The notes under the pieces were generated by a model that was given only the letters and a program-made list of their open reading frames with translations, was not told the origin of the DNA and made no database searches. A stretch of 32,000 nucleotides of DNA. Source: Candidatus Saccharimonadota bacterium (lineage in GTDB: Bacteria > Patescibacteriota > Gracilibacteria > UBA4473). Positions 9,998 to 17,953 of the stretch are shown piece by piece. The translations under genes and the position numbers were made by a program. Within the stretch, counting starts at the first letter, position 1. Every line of letters begins with the position of its first letter. The stretch is taken from assembly GCA_963677105.1 (NCBI GenBank), contig OY781871.1, positions 630,001 to 662,000 of the forward strand. Direction: 5' to 3'.

Positions 9998-10013
9998 TAC
10001 GTTAATTTAGCAG

Positions 10014-10026
10014 AGTTGCATTTTTC
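10014..10026 (+). repeat. Right copy of the perfect 13-bp direct repeat AGTTGCATTTTTC
   Basis: Identical to 6987-6999. It lies 17 nt after the stop of the 985-aa gene and runs into the terminator stem. TTGCAT (10016-10021), 16 nt, TAAACT (10038-10043) could act as a promoter for the protease gene. Confidence 0.9.
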
Positions 10027-10057
10027 CCGGAGAGAGGTAAACTCCCTCCGGGTTTTT
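10026..10057 (+). terminator. Rho-independent terminator after the 985-aa gene
   Basis: Stem CCCGGAGAGAG (10026-10036) pairs with CTCCCTCCGGG (10042-10052): 10 of 11 pairs, GC-rich, 5-nt loop, followed by TTTTT (10053-10057). Confidence 0.75.
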
Positions 10058-10068
10058 AACAGACAAAA

Positions 10069-11412
10069 ATGCCACATTACAAACGTAATTTACGATTTCT
10101 TTTATTCTTAGTATTTCCTATTCTCGCGTTCCTTCTGGGGTGGTCATTAAACCAACAACAGAATCAACGATCGGTATTACCAATGGAAATGACTGTTCCA
10201 ACAGAAGTTTCCACAACAGAGGAAGTGAAAAGTTTACTTTCCTCTGTAACGCTGCGTCGTCGTTCTGATCCACGAGACGTTGATTTATCTGGTTTCTGGG
10301 AAGTATGGAATACGTTAAGCGCAAATTTTTTATATCAAGATCGTTTTGATACAAAAGAGCAGTTATATGGAGCAGCAAAAGGATTAGTAAATTCGTTAAA
10401 TGATCCATATACCGTATATATGACGCCAGAAGAAACAGAAGAATTTGAAGAGTCTATGTCGGGGGAATTTGAGGGAATTGGTGCAGAAATCGCAATTAAA
10501 AAAGACAGATTAACTATAGTAACGCCATTGAGAGGTTCTCCGGCAGAATTAGCAGGTTTGCGTTCGGGAGATCGTATTTTAAAAATTGATGATGAATCCA
10601 CATTTGATTTATCAGTTCATGAAGCAATTATGTTGATTCGTGGTCCACGTGGAGAAAAAGTAGTTTTAACGGTTGAAAGAGATGGGGATACGCAATCTCA
10701 TGAGATTACAATTGTACGAGACACGATTACGGTTGAGGATTTTTCATGGAAAATGCAAGATGGAATAGCAGTATTTGAAGTTACTCAGTTTGGGACAGAA
10801 CTTGTTTCACAATTTTCTGCAGCATTGCCTTCAATTCTTCTGGAAAAACCACGAGGAATTATTGTCGATCTTCGAAATAATGGAGGAGGATTGCTTGATG
10901 CAAGCATAAAGATGATGGATCAGTTTTTTAATAAACAAGTATTAGTAACGACAAATGGGCGAAGAATGGGACAAGAAGAAGACTTACAGAGTCGACAAGG
11001 AGGAGCATTTACAGATACGCCATTGATTGTTCTCGTAAATGAAGGATCGGCGTCCGCTTCTGAGATTTTTGCTGGAGCAGTTCAAGATATAAAACGAGGA
11101 TTAATTGTTGGTACAAAAACTTTTGGAAAAGGATCGGTTCAAAATGTAATTCCTATGTCAGGAGGAGCAAGTTTGAAAATAACAATTGCTGAATGGCTTA
11201 CTCCAAATGGTCGATCAATTCACGATGAAGGAATTGTTCCAGATATAGAGGCAACACGAACACGTGAGCAATTTGAAAAAAACGAAGATCCTGTTATGGA
11301 ACGAGCGTTTGAGTTATTCGATAGCGAAGAAATGGTTCAGATTTTGTCACAAGAAGATGTTATAGAAGAGGAAATATCTGAAGATTTGGAACCTGTTTTA
11401 TATAGTGAATAA
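10069..11412 (+). CDS. Carboxy-terminal processing protease (peptidase S41) with N-terminal membrane anchor and PDZ domain
   Basis: Anchor LRFLLFLVFPILAFLLGW. PDZ GSPAELAGLRSGDRILKIDD. S41 catalytic block IVDLRNNGGG ... VLVNEGSASASEIFAGAVQD ... GTKTFGKGSVQ. Confidence 0.92.
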   Translation: MPHYKRNLRFLLFLVFPILAFLLGWSLNQQQNQRSVLPMEMTVPTEVSTTEEVKSLLSSVTLRRRSDPRDVDLSGFWEVWNTLSANFLYQDRFDTKEQLYGAAKGLVNSLNDPYTVYMTPEETEEFEESMSGEFEGIGAEIAIKKDRLTIVTPLRGSPAELAGLRSGDRILKIDDESTFDLSVHEAIMLIRGPRGEKVVLTVERDGDTQSHEITIVRDTITVEDFSWKMQDGIAVFEVTQFGTELVSQFSAALPSILLEKPRGIIVDLRNNGGGLLDASIKMMDQFFNKQVLVTTNGRRMGQEEDLQSRQGGAFTDTPLIVLVNEGSASASEIFAGAVQDIKRGLIVGTKTFGKGSVQNVIPMSGGASLKITIAEWLTPNGRSIHDEGIVPDIEATRTREQFEKNEDPVMERAFELFDSEEMVQILSQEDVIEEEISEDLEPVLYSE

Positions 11413-11414
11413 TA

Positions 11415-11990
11415 ATGAGAGGTAAAATTTTCTTTTTTTCGGGACCTTCTGGGGTAGGGAAAGGAACTCTCATAAATATGTTGCAAGAAAAACATCCAGA
11501 ATGGAGTTTTCCGCCGAGTTGTACTACTCGTGATCCACGTCCAGGAGAGGTGGATGGAGAAACATACTTTTTTATTTCTCCTGAAGAATTTGATCAAAAG
11601 ATTAACAATAATGAATTTCTCGAATGGGCAGAAGTTCATGGAGGAAATCGTTATGGAACATTGCTTCATAAATTAATTGAGCCGATTTCTGAAGGAAAAG
11701 TTGTGATACGAGAATTTGATGTTCAAGGATTTCTTCAAGCGCGTGAAAGACTTCCGCGAGAAGATTTTGTTTCTCTTTTCGTTTCGCCAGAACACGGAGA
11801 ACAAGAATTAATTGATCGAATTTTACGTCGAGCGCCGATGTCAGAAGAAGAAATTGAACGTCGTATGCAGTCGATGCGTAAAGAATTAGCAGAATCAAAA
11901 AAATATGATCACGTTCTTGTTTCCCGAGAAAATAAATTAGACCAATTATTAGCGGATGCAGAGGCAATTATCGAAGAAGCGTTGAAGTAA
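11415..11990 (+). CDS. gmk: Guanylate kinase
   Basis: P-loop FSGPSGVGKGTL, GMP-binding TTRDPRPGEVDGETYFF, and EWAEVHGGNRYGT. Confidence 0.95.
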   Translation: MRGKIFFFSGPSGVGKGTLINMLQEKHPEWSFPPSCTTRDPRPGEVDGETYFFISPEEFDQKINNNEFLEWAEVHGGNRYGTLLHKLIEPISEGKVVIREFDVQGFLQARERLPREDFVSLFVSPEHGEQELIDRILRRAPMSEEEIERRMQSMRKELAESKKYDHVLVSRENKLDQLLADAEAIIEEALK

Positions 11991-12080
11991 AATTTCATAT
12001 TACAAACTACAATCTTCAAACTAAAGGAATGATGAAAATAGTTGATTGTTGAATATGCTTTTATGAGGGAAGCTTTTTCT

Positions 12081-12455
12081 ATGAAAACGGAACGTCGAAA
12101 ATTGGGTGATAAAGGAGAAGCAATTGCAGCAAAATTTCTTATAAAAAAAGGATTTCAGCTCATAGATCACAATGTTCATGCGCCGGGAGGAGAAATTGAT
12201 TTAATTATGAGACATAATGATGAATGGGTTTTTGTGGAAGTGAAAACACGGAAATCTCATTTATACGGCTCAGCATTAGAATCATTTACTTCTCGAAAAG
12301 TGAAGCGAATGTTATCGGCAATAGAACATTATTTTTTAGTTCGAAATGAAATGGAGGATATTCCATTATTTCGAATAGATTTTGTGGCAGTTGAGGTACG
12401 AGAAGGACGATTTTTTTGTGAACATTTTTCACATATTGAAGAACCAGTTTTATAA
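12081..12455 (+). CDS. yraN: YraN-family (UPF0102) endonuclease-like protein
   Basis: GDKGEAIAAKFLIKKGFQLIDHNVHAPGGEIDLIM...WVFVEVKTR. The start is uncertain: ATG at 12063 or 12081, while the track start at 12042 is a TTG. Confidence 0.85.
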   Translation: MKTERRKLGDKGEAIAAKFLIKKGFQLIDHNVHAPGGEIDLIMRHNDEWVFVEVKTRKSHLYGSALESFTSRKVKRMLSAIEHYFLVRNEMEDIPLFRIDFVAVEVREGRFFCEHFSHIEEPVL

Positions 12456-14756
12456 ATTCTTTCTCAATGCTTCCAATTGTTTTTGGCTCACTACTTTTAA
12501 TAACTCTTCATCACTTGCATTGCGCACATCGCGAACAGAACCAAATGTTTTTAATAATTTTTTTCTCGTTGTTCCTCCAATTCCATGAATTTCATCAAGC
12601 GCAGATTTTGTTACGGCTTTTTCCCGCAATGATCGATTAAATGTAATCGCAAATCTATGGGCTTCGTCACGACATCGTTGCAATAGTTTACTTGCAGCAG
12701 AATCAGGATCAATTTCCAATGGTTCTGATTTTCCTGGCACAAAAATTTCTTCTTCTCGTTTTGCCAATGAAATCACCACTCCTGGAAAGGATTTTGGAAT
12801 CACTTTCATTACGGAAGATAATTGTCCTTTCCCTCCATCAATCACAATTAAATCGGGGCTTGCTGGTGCAGATTTTTCACGTAGTGCGTGTTCCATAATT
12901 TCTAAATCTATTTCATCGCGAGGATCAGTTCGTGATTCTTTGAGACTTTGTTTAATAGCAATTAATGATTTTAAATTTAATAAAAATATTTTTGTCTTTC
13001 CTACAGAAATAGGGCGTTCCTCTCTGTTTTTTTTCGTAAATTTTCCGATCGGAAGTTCAATTCCAAACGGAGAAATGTCGATTGGTGGAAATCCTTTTTT
13101 TGTAAAAGTGAAAAAATGTTCATTATGTTCTTCTGCTTCAAATTTTGCTTCTGTAAGAATTTTTTGTGCTTTTTTCCAATGTTTTTTTGCGATCAGAAGA
13201 TCAAAATCTTGGTGTTTTCTCCAAAAATATCCGACAGAAATCGCTGCACCAAGTCCACCAAAAAGAGACCATTCAACCTCTTTTAATAATTGAGAAAGTT
13301 TTTCTAATTGTTTTAAAATTTCTTTATTTTTTTCTGTCCATATTTCATTTTTAGAATCCTCAGTTTTTTCCTGAGAAATGCCGCGCATACGACGTTCTAA
13401 CACTTCTTTTAGTGATTTAAAATCGTCAATTTCTCCTGGTTTTAACGATTGAATTTTAAATCGACGATATTCATTTTTTCTTGGAATTCCGTCAATAAAT
13501 ACAACCTGACTCGCAACAGTATTTGTTCCACTAAAATGAGAAATATCGTAACACTCAATTCGACGTGGAGTATTTTTTAGTTCCAATTTTTCTGCAAGTT
13601 CGGGAAGTGCTTTTGCAAAAATTTCAGCTTGTGCTTGTTCTTCTATCTGAGAAACGCTTGCCATTTGTCGCGCATTTCGTTCCGCAATTTCTAACACACG
13701 CATTTTTTCTCCCTTTTGTGGAATTATTATTTTTGCCTGCAATAATTCTTCTAACAAATTCTTATTTTCAATATTTTCGGGGAGAACAATTTCCACCGGA
13801 TGATCGTCCGTTTTTTCATGCCATTGTGTGAGAAAATTTTCTAAAATAATGCTCCCCGATTCCCATGATTCAGCTCGCATTTTTACCGTTGCTTGATCCA
13901 ATAATTTCCCATGACGAAACGCAAGAAGGGCACAAAAAACCTGATTTTTTTCGCGATAAAAATGAATAAAATCTCGTGGAGTTGTGTCATTAAACTCTAC
14001 GCGTTGTTTTTCTGTGCTGGTAGAAATTGAGGTAATTAAATCACGCGTTTTTGCCGCTGCTTCAAACTTTTTTTCTGAAGCGAGTTGTGTCATTTTTTCT
14101 TTCAAGTGTTCAATGACTTCCCTTGTATCTCCTTTCAAAAACTTTTTCATTCGATCCACATCAGCTTTATACGATTCTTGTGAAATTTCTCCAGAGCATG
14201 GACCAGAACATTTTTGGATATGAAAATCGAGACACGGAATTCTCTTAGCTTCTGGATTTTTAATTATTTTTCCTCCATCAAATTCCAATTTGCAAGTTCT
14301 GATTTTAAATATTTTTTGACAAAATGAGATCATACTTCGAAATTTTTTTGCACTCGTATGAGGTCCAATATAAGTGCTTCCATCTCGAACAATTCTTCGA
14401 GTGATTTCTATACGTGGGAAATATTCATTTGTTATACGCAAATACAAAAAGTTTTTATCGTCTCTTAAAAGAACATTATATTTTGGTTGATGCTCTTTTA
14501 TTAAATTATTTTCCAAAATCAGAGCTTCCATTTCACTATTTACAATACGCGTTTCAATTCGTGCTATTTTTTTTACAAGAGCTATTGTTTTCGGACTTTT
14601 CTCATTTTTTTGGAAATAAGATTTTACTCGATTTCGTAAATGTTTGGCTTTTCCTACATAGAGAATTACATCATTTTTATCATGAAAAATATAACAGCCG
14701 GGTTCTGTAGGGATCTTTTTTGCAGAGAATTTGAAAGTATTTTCTGAGTTGCTCAT
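12450..14756 (-). CDS. uvrC: Excinuclease ABC subunit C (UvrC) carrying an internal insertion of about 170 residues
   Basis: GIY-YIG block GCYIFHDKNDVILYVGKAKHLRNRVKSYF, Cys cluster CLDFHIQKCSGPCSG, UVR helices, RIECYDISHFSGTNTV...YRRFKI, PDLIVIDGGKGQLS, HhH IHGIGGTTRKKLL. It is 768 aa versus roughly 600 in typical UvrC (see findings). Confidence 0.93.
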   Translation of the reverse strand: MSNSENTFKFSAKKIPTEPGCYIFHDKNDVILYVGKAKHLRNRVKSYFQKNEKSPKTIALVKKIARIETRIVNSEMEALILENNLIKEHQPKYNVLLRDDKNFLYLRITNEYFPRIEITRRIVRDGSTYIGPHTSAKKFRSMISFCQKIFKIRTCKLEFDGGKIIKNPEAKRIPCLDFHIQKCSGPCSGEISQESYKADVDRMKKFLKGDTREVIEHLKEKMTQLASEKKFEAAAKTRDLITSISTSTEKQRVEFNDTTPRDFIHFYREKNQVFCALLAFRHGKLLDQATVKMRAESWESGSIILENFLTQWHEKTDDHPVEIVLPENIENKNLLEELLQAKIIIPQKGEKMRVLEIAERNARQMASVSQIEEQAQAEIFAKALPELAEKLELKNTPRRIECYDISHFSGTNTVASQVVFIDGIPRKNEYRRFKIQSLKPGEIDDFKSLKEVLERRMRGISQEKTEDSKNEIWTEKNKEILKQLEKLSQLLKEVEWSLFGGLGAAISVGYFWRKHQDFDLLIAKKHWKKAQKILTEAKFEAEEHNEHFFTFTKKGFPPIDISPFGIELPIGKFTKKNREERPISVGKTKIFLLNLKSLIAIKQSLKESRTDPRDEIDLEIMEHALREKSAPASPDLIVIDGGKGQLSSVMKVIPKSFPGVVISLAKREEEIFVPGKSEPLEIDPDSAASKLLQRCRDEAHRFAITFNRSLREKAVTKSALDEIHGIGGTTRKKLLKTFGSVRDVRNASDEELLKVVSQKQLEALRKNL

Positions 14757-14776
14757 ATCGTTTCAAATGGTATCAT
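14749..14776 (+). promoter_or_regulatory. Extended -10 promoter for the DUF5665-like / yggT / cysS / dac gene string
   Basis: TTGCTC (14749-14754), 16 nt, TG (14768-14769), then TATCAT (14771-14776). Seven nt separate it from the ATG at 14784. It lies partly inside the divergent uvrC 5' end. Confidence 0.5.
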
Positions 14777-14783
14777 TCTTGCG

Positions 14784-15143
14784 ATGGTAGACCAAGAAAA
14801 TTTGAAAACAGAAGTTGAAGCGTTAGAAGAACGAGCAGATTTAGCTCGCGCTGAAACAGAACGTTCTAAAAAAGATTTAGAACGATTATTACGAGTATTT
14901 GACATGATTGGGTTTAATGAATTTGTGCGATATCTTTCTTCTCCTCGAAGAATTTTATTTTGGAATTTTGCTGCGGGGATGGCAAAGGGATTAGGAATTA
15001 TTATTGGAATGACAGTTGTTGTTGCAATCATTATGTGGGGTTTGACGAAAATGGTTGACTTCCCGTTGATAGGAGAATATTTCCAAAAGATTTTGGAGTT
15101 GATTGATAACTCTGTTCCAGGAGCAATTACACTTCGTCAATGA
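14784..15143 (+). CDS. DUF5665-like small membrane protein with N-terminal coiled-coil
   Basis: 119 aa. FVRYLSSPRRILFWNFAAGMAKGLGIIIGMTVVVAIIMW...PLIGEYF matches my memory of the DUF5665 core. Confidence 0.6.
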   Translation: MVDQENLKTEVEALEERADLARAETERSKKDLERLLRVFDMIGFNEFVRYLSSPRRILFWNFAAGMAKGLGIIIGMTVVVAIIMWGLTKMVDFPLIGEYFQKILELIDNSVPGAITLRQ

Positions 15144-15412
15144 TGCAAGAACAATTACTGCGTTTTGTAATTCTATTTATTTCAATTTTTTCTCAAATTT
15201 TATATTGGGCTATTTTTGTCTATATTTTAATGTCGTGGATATCTCGTCGTAAAACATCATTTACAAAATGGTTACAACAAATAGTAACACCATTATTAAA
15301 ACCTTTTAGATGGGCTCGAATTGGAATGATTGATTTTTCTCCTATGGCTGCTTTAATTGCGATTCAGCTATTAAGTGATTGGCTCTTGAAATTTCTTGCT
15401 ACTTTCCTATAA
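15140..15412 (+). CDS. yggT: YggT-family membrane protein
   Basis: 90 aa with two TM spans. YILMSWISRR ... LLKPFR ... IDFSPMAALIAIQLL is YggT-like. Its start overlaps the upstream stop (ATGA, 15140-15143). Confidence 0.8.
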   Translation: MMQEQLLRFVILFISIFSQILYWAIFVYILMSWISRRKTSFTKWLQQIVTPLLKPFRWARIGMIDFSPMAALIAIQLLSDWLLKFLATFL

Positions 15413-15415
15413 ACA

Positions 15416-16846
15416 ATGTTGAAACTTTCAAATACGCTTTCAGGGAAAAAAGAAGTATTTACCCCAATTAATAAAGGGAAAGTACGTATTTATTCTTGTG
15501 GACCGACGGTGTATAATTTTGCGCATATTGGGAATTTTCGTAGTTTTTTGACATCGGATTTGCTTACTCGAGTATTGAAATATTCAGGATATGAAGTGAC
15601 AAAAGTAATGAATATTACAGATGTTGGACATTTAACAGGCGATGATACAGCAGATGCCGAAGGAGAAGATAAAATTTCTCGTACTGCTCGAGAACAAAAA
15701 ATAGATCCTTTTCAAATTGCGAGACAATTTGAAGAAGCTTTCTTGGAAGATGCAGAAATTCTTCGAATGCAAAAAGCGGATTTTTATCCACGCGCAACAG
15801 AATTTATACAAGAACAGATTGATTTGGCACAGAAACTTATAGACGAAGAATTTGCATATGAAGTGAATGGTTCCGTTTATTTTCGAACGACAAAATTTAA
15901 AACATATGGACAGCTTTCAAAAAATAAATTAGAAGATTTACAAGCTGGAGCACGTGTTGAAATAAATTCAGAAAAGGAACATCCGATGGATTTTGCTTTA
16001 TGGAAAAAGGCAGAGAAAAATCATCTTATGCAATGGGAAAGTCCGTGGGGAAAAGGATTTCCTGGATGGCATATAGAATGTTCGGCGATGAGTCAGGCAT
16101 TATTAGGATTTCCGTTCGATATTCATACAGGAGGAGAAGATAATATTTTTCCGCATCATGAGTGTGAAATTGCACAAAACGAATGTTCAAATAACGGTAA
16201 AAAATCGGTTAATTACTGGCTTCATACAAAATACTTGCTCGTTGGAGGAAAGAAGATGTCAAAATCTGCGGGAAATTTTTACACGATTCGTGATTTATTA
16301 GAAAAAGGATGGAATGGAAATGAAATTCGATTAGCCCTTTTGTCTGCGCATTATCGTTCTGCACTCGATTTTTCTCTGAAATCACTAGAACAAGCACGCG
16401 CGTCGATTGCTCGTATTACCGAAGCAAAAAGAGCTTGTGAAGCGGTTGATCCAGCAGCACCAAATAATTGGTCGGAAATCTATAGAGAGAAATTTTCAGC
16501 CGCACTAGAAGACGATTTCAATGTGTCAGAAGCATTAGCTACTACATTTGAAATGACCAATGTGGTTTTAAAGTTGGCATCAGAAAATAAATTAACGCCA
16601 GAAATTGCAGCTTCAGCTTTAGATTTTTTTGAAAATGATTTTGATGTCATTTTTGATTGTTTTTCAAAAGAGATTGAAGTTAGCTCTACGCAACAAAAAG
16701 AAATAGAAGTTCTTTTGAATCAACGAAAAAAAGCTCGTGAAGAAAAGAATTGGGCAGAATCAGACAGGATTAGAGATGAATTGCTGGAAAAATTCAACGT
16801 AGAAGTTCGTGATGGAGAAGTCGGACAAACCTGGTCGGTGCGTTGA
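15416..16846 (+). CDS. cysS: Cysteine--tRNA ligase
   Basis: Class I motifs HIGNFRSF (HIGH) and KMSKSAGN (KMSKS), plus Zn/Cys-binding context CGPTVYN and WHIECSAM. Confidence 0.96.
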   Translation: MLKLSNTLSGKKEVFTPINKGKVRIYSCGPTVYNFAHIGNFRSFLTSDLLTRVLKYSGYEVTKVMNITDVGHLTGDDTADAEGEDKISRTAREQKIDPFQIARQFEEAFLEDAEILRMQKADFYPRATEFIQEQIDLAQKLIDEEFAYEVNGSVYFRTTKFKTYGQLSKNKLEDLQAGARVEINSEKEHPMDFALWKKAEKNHLMQWESPWGKGFPGWHIECSAMSQALLGFPFDIHTGGEDNIFPHHECEIAQNECSNNGKKSVNYWLHTKYLLVGGKKMSKSAGNFYTIRDLLEKGWNGNEIRLALLSAHYRSALDFSLKSLEQARASIARITEAKRACEAVDPAAPNNWSEIYREKFSAALEDDFNVSEALATTFEMTNVVLKLASENKLTPEIAASALDFFENDFDVIFDCFSKEIEVSSTQQKEIEVLLNQRKKAREEKNWAESDRIRDELLEKFNVEVRDGEVGQTWSVR

Positions 16847-16885
16847 GAATTTGCCAAATTTATTTAAAAAACTACACTCGTCGCG

Positions 16886-17794
16886 ATGTTAGAATATTTA
16901 CTGTTTGCATTGTTTTCTGTCTCGGGACAAGAGATGTTGTCGCAGGTAAATTTAAAAGAATTGCCGAAAATAGAAATATTAAATCCAACGTCATTGCCCC
17001 AACTAGAAGCAGGACGAATTGCACCAAAGTTGTTAGCAAATGAACGGACCGCAGTTTTGGCTCAAGATATGGATTCAAAAAAAATCCTACTTTCTGAAAG
17101 AGAAAATAGAGCTCAGCCGATTGCATCTATTACAAAAATTATGACAGCGTTAGTTATTTTATCTGATCATGATTTAGATGAGATTGTTACGGTTCCATTA
17201 GAAGCGACACAGATTGAAGGTGCACAAGTTGGAATATATGAACACGAACAATTAACCGTTCAAACTTTATTACAAGCAGCGCTTATTCCTTCTGCAAATG
17301 ATGCAGCAGTGGCGCTTGCAACATGGGATGCAGGAAGTGAAGAGAATTTTGTCATAAAGATGAATGAAAAAGCAGAGGAATTGGGATTAAAATCTGCAGA
17401 ATTTTTTAATTCCACAGGATTGGATATGTGGAATGAAAAAACAGAATCTTGGTATGGAAACAAAATGAGTGCTCGTGATGTAGCGAGAATGGCGAGATTT
17501 GCTTTGCAGAACGAGTTTTTTAAAGAAACCGTAGCAAAGCGTCATTTTTGGGGAACAAGTGTTGGAGAAGAGTTCTTACACGAAAAAAAATCTACGAATC
17601 AATTATTCGATACATTTCTGAATCTTTCTGGGGTGAAAACAGGATATACACAAATGGCAGGACAATGTTTTGTTGCATTAGGAAATACATCTGATGGACA
17701 TGAAGTATTAACAGTTATTTTAGGATCGATGGATCGTTTTGGTGAAACGAAAAAATTACTTTCGTGGGTGTATGATTCGTTCACGTGGCGATAG
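16886..17794 (+). CDS. D-alanyl-D-alanine carboxypeptidase (peptidase S11, low-molecular-weight PBP)
   Basis: Signal-like N-terminus and the three PBP motifs SITK (SxxK), SAND (SxN) and KTGYT (KTG). Confidence 0.9.
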   Translation: MLEYLLFALFSVSGQEMLSQVNLKELPKIEILNPTSLPQLEAGRIAPKLLANERTAVLAQDMDSKKILLSERENRAQPIASITKIMTALVILSDHDLDEIVTVPLEATQIEGAQVGIYEHEQLTVQTLLQAALIPSANDAAVALATWDAGSEENFVIKMNEKAEELGLKSAEFFNSTGLDMWNEKTESWYGNKMSARDVARMARFALQNEFFKETVAKRHFWGTSVGEEFLHEKKSTNQLFDTFLNLSGVKTGYTQMAGQCFVALGNTSDGHEVLTVILGSMDRFGETKKLLSWVYDSFTWR

Positions 17795-17888
17795 GCGTTT
17801 CACTTAAAATTTCAAATAACAAAGTGCAAATAACAAAAACAGAAGAAAATTTTTGACAAATATTTTCTGGTAAGTAAAAAGCTCTCGT

Positions 17889-17953
17889 ATCTCCTTGGTA
17901 GCGATGCGACTTCACAACGAAGGGAAGTCGTCTCGGTATCTGGGAGATTTTTT
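17889..17953 (+). terminator. Compound stem-loop ending in a T-run; terminator in a convergent gap, possibly the body of a small RNA
   Basis: Inner hairpin 17902-17935: core CGACTTC/GAAGTCG of 7 bp, extended to 12 positions with one mismatch, 10-nt loop. Outer stem ATCTCC (17889-17894) pairs with GGAGAT (17943-17948), directly followed by TTTTT (17949-17953). A-run 17876-17880 lies upstream. Confidence 0.5.

Noticed and set aside
12940-13293. 117-aa plus-strand ORF antisense to the uvrC insertion. Similar antisense or shadow ORFs occur at 233-787, 10118-10601, 13565-14710, 20557-21036, 24426-25049 and 29303-29805.
   Set aside because: All lie wholly inside well-supported genes on the opposite strand or in another frame. 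They have low-complexity Phe/Leu/Ser/Lys-rich compositions and no recognisable motifs. Such ORFs are expected in AT-rich coding DNA.
12867-13379. Intein or homing-endonuclease explanation for the UvrC insertion
   Set aside because: There is no Cys/Ser/Thr at an N-extein junction followed by intein block A. There is no His-Asn plus nucleophile at the C-terminal junction, and no LAGLIDADG, HNH or GIY-YIG endonuclease motifs inside the insert.
15784-15792. DnaA-box-like TTATCCACG (8 of 9 matches), raising the possibility of an origin
   Set aside because: It is a single copy inside the cysS coding sequence, with no cluster of boxes, no AT-rich unwinding element and no dnaA or dnaN nearby.
17902-17935. 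Guanidine-II (mini-ykkC) riboswitch hairpin, considered because the loop contains ACGA and an SMR gene is in the window
   Set aside because: The loop is 10 nt rather than an ACGR tetraloop closed by G-C pairs, and there is no second matching hairpin. The element is 6.5 kb from the SMR gene and not upstream of any gene.
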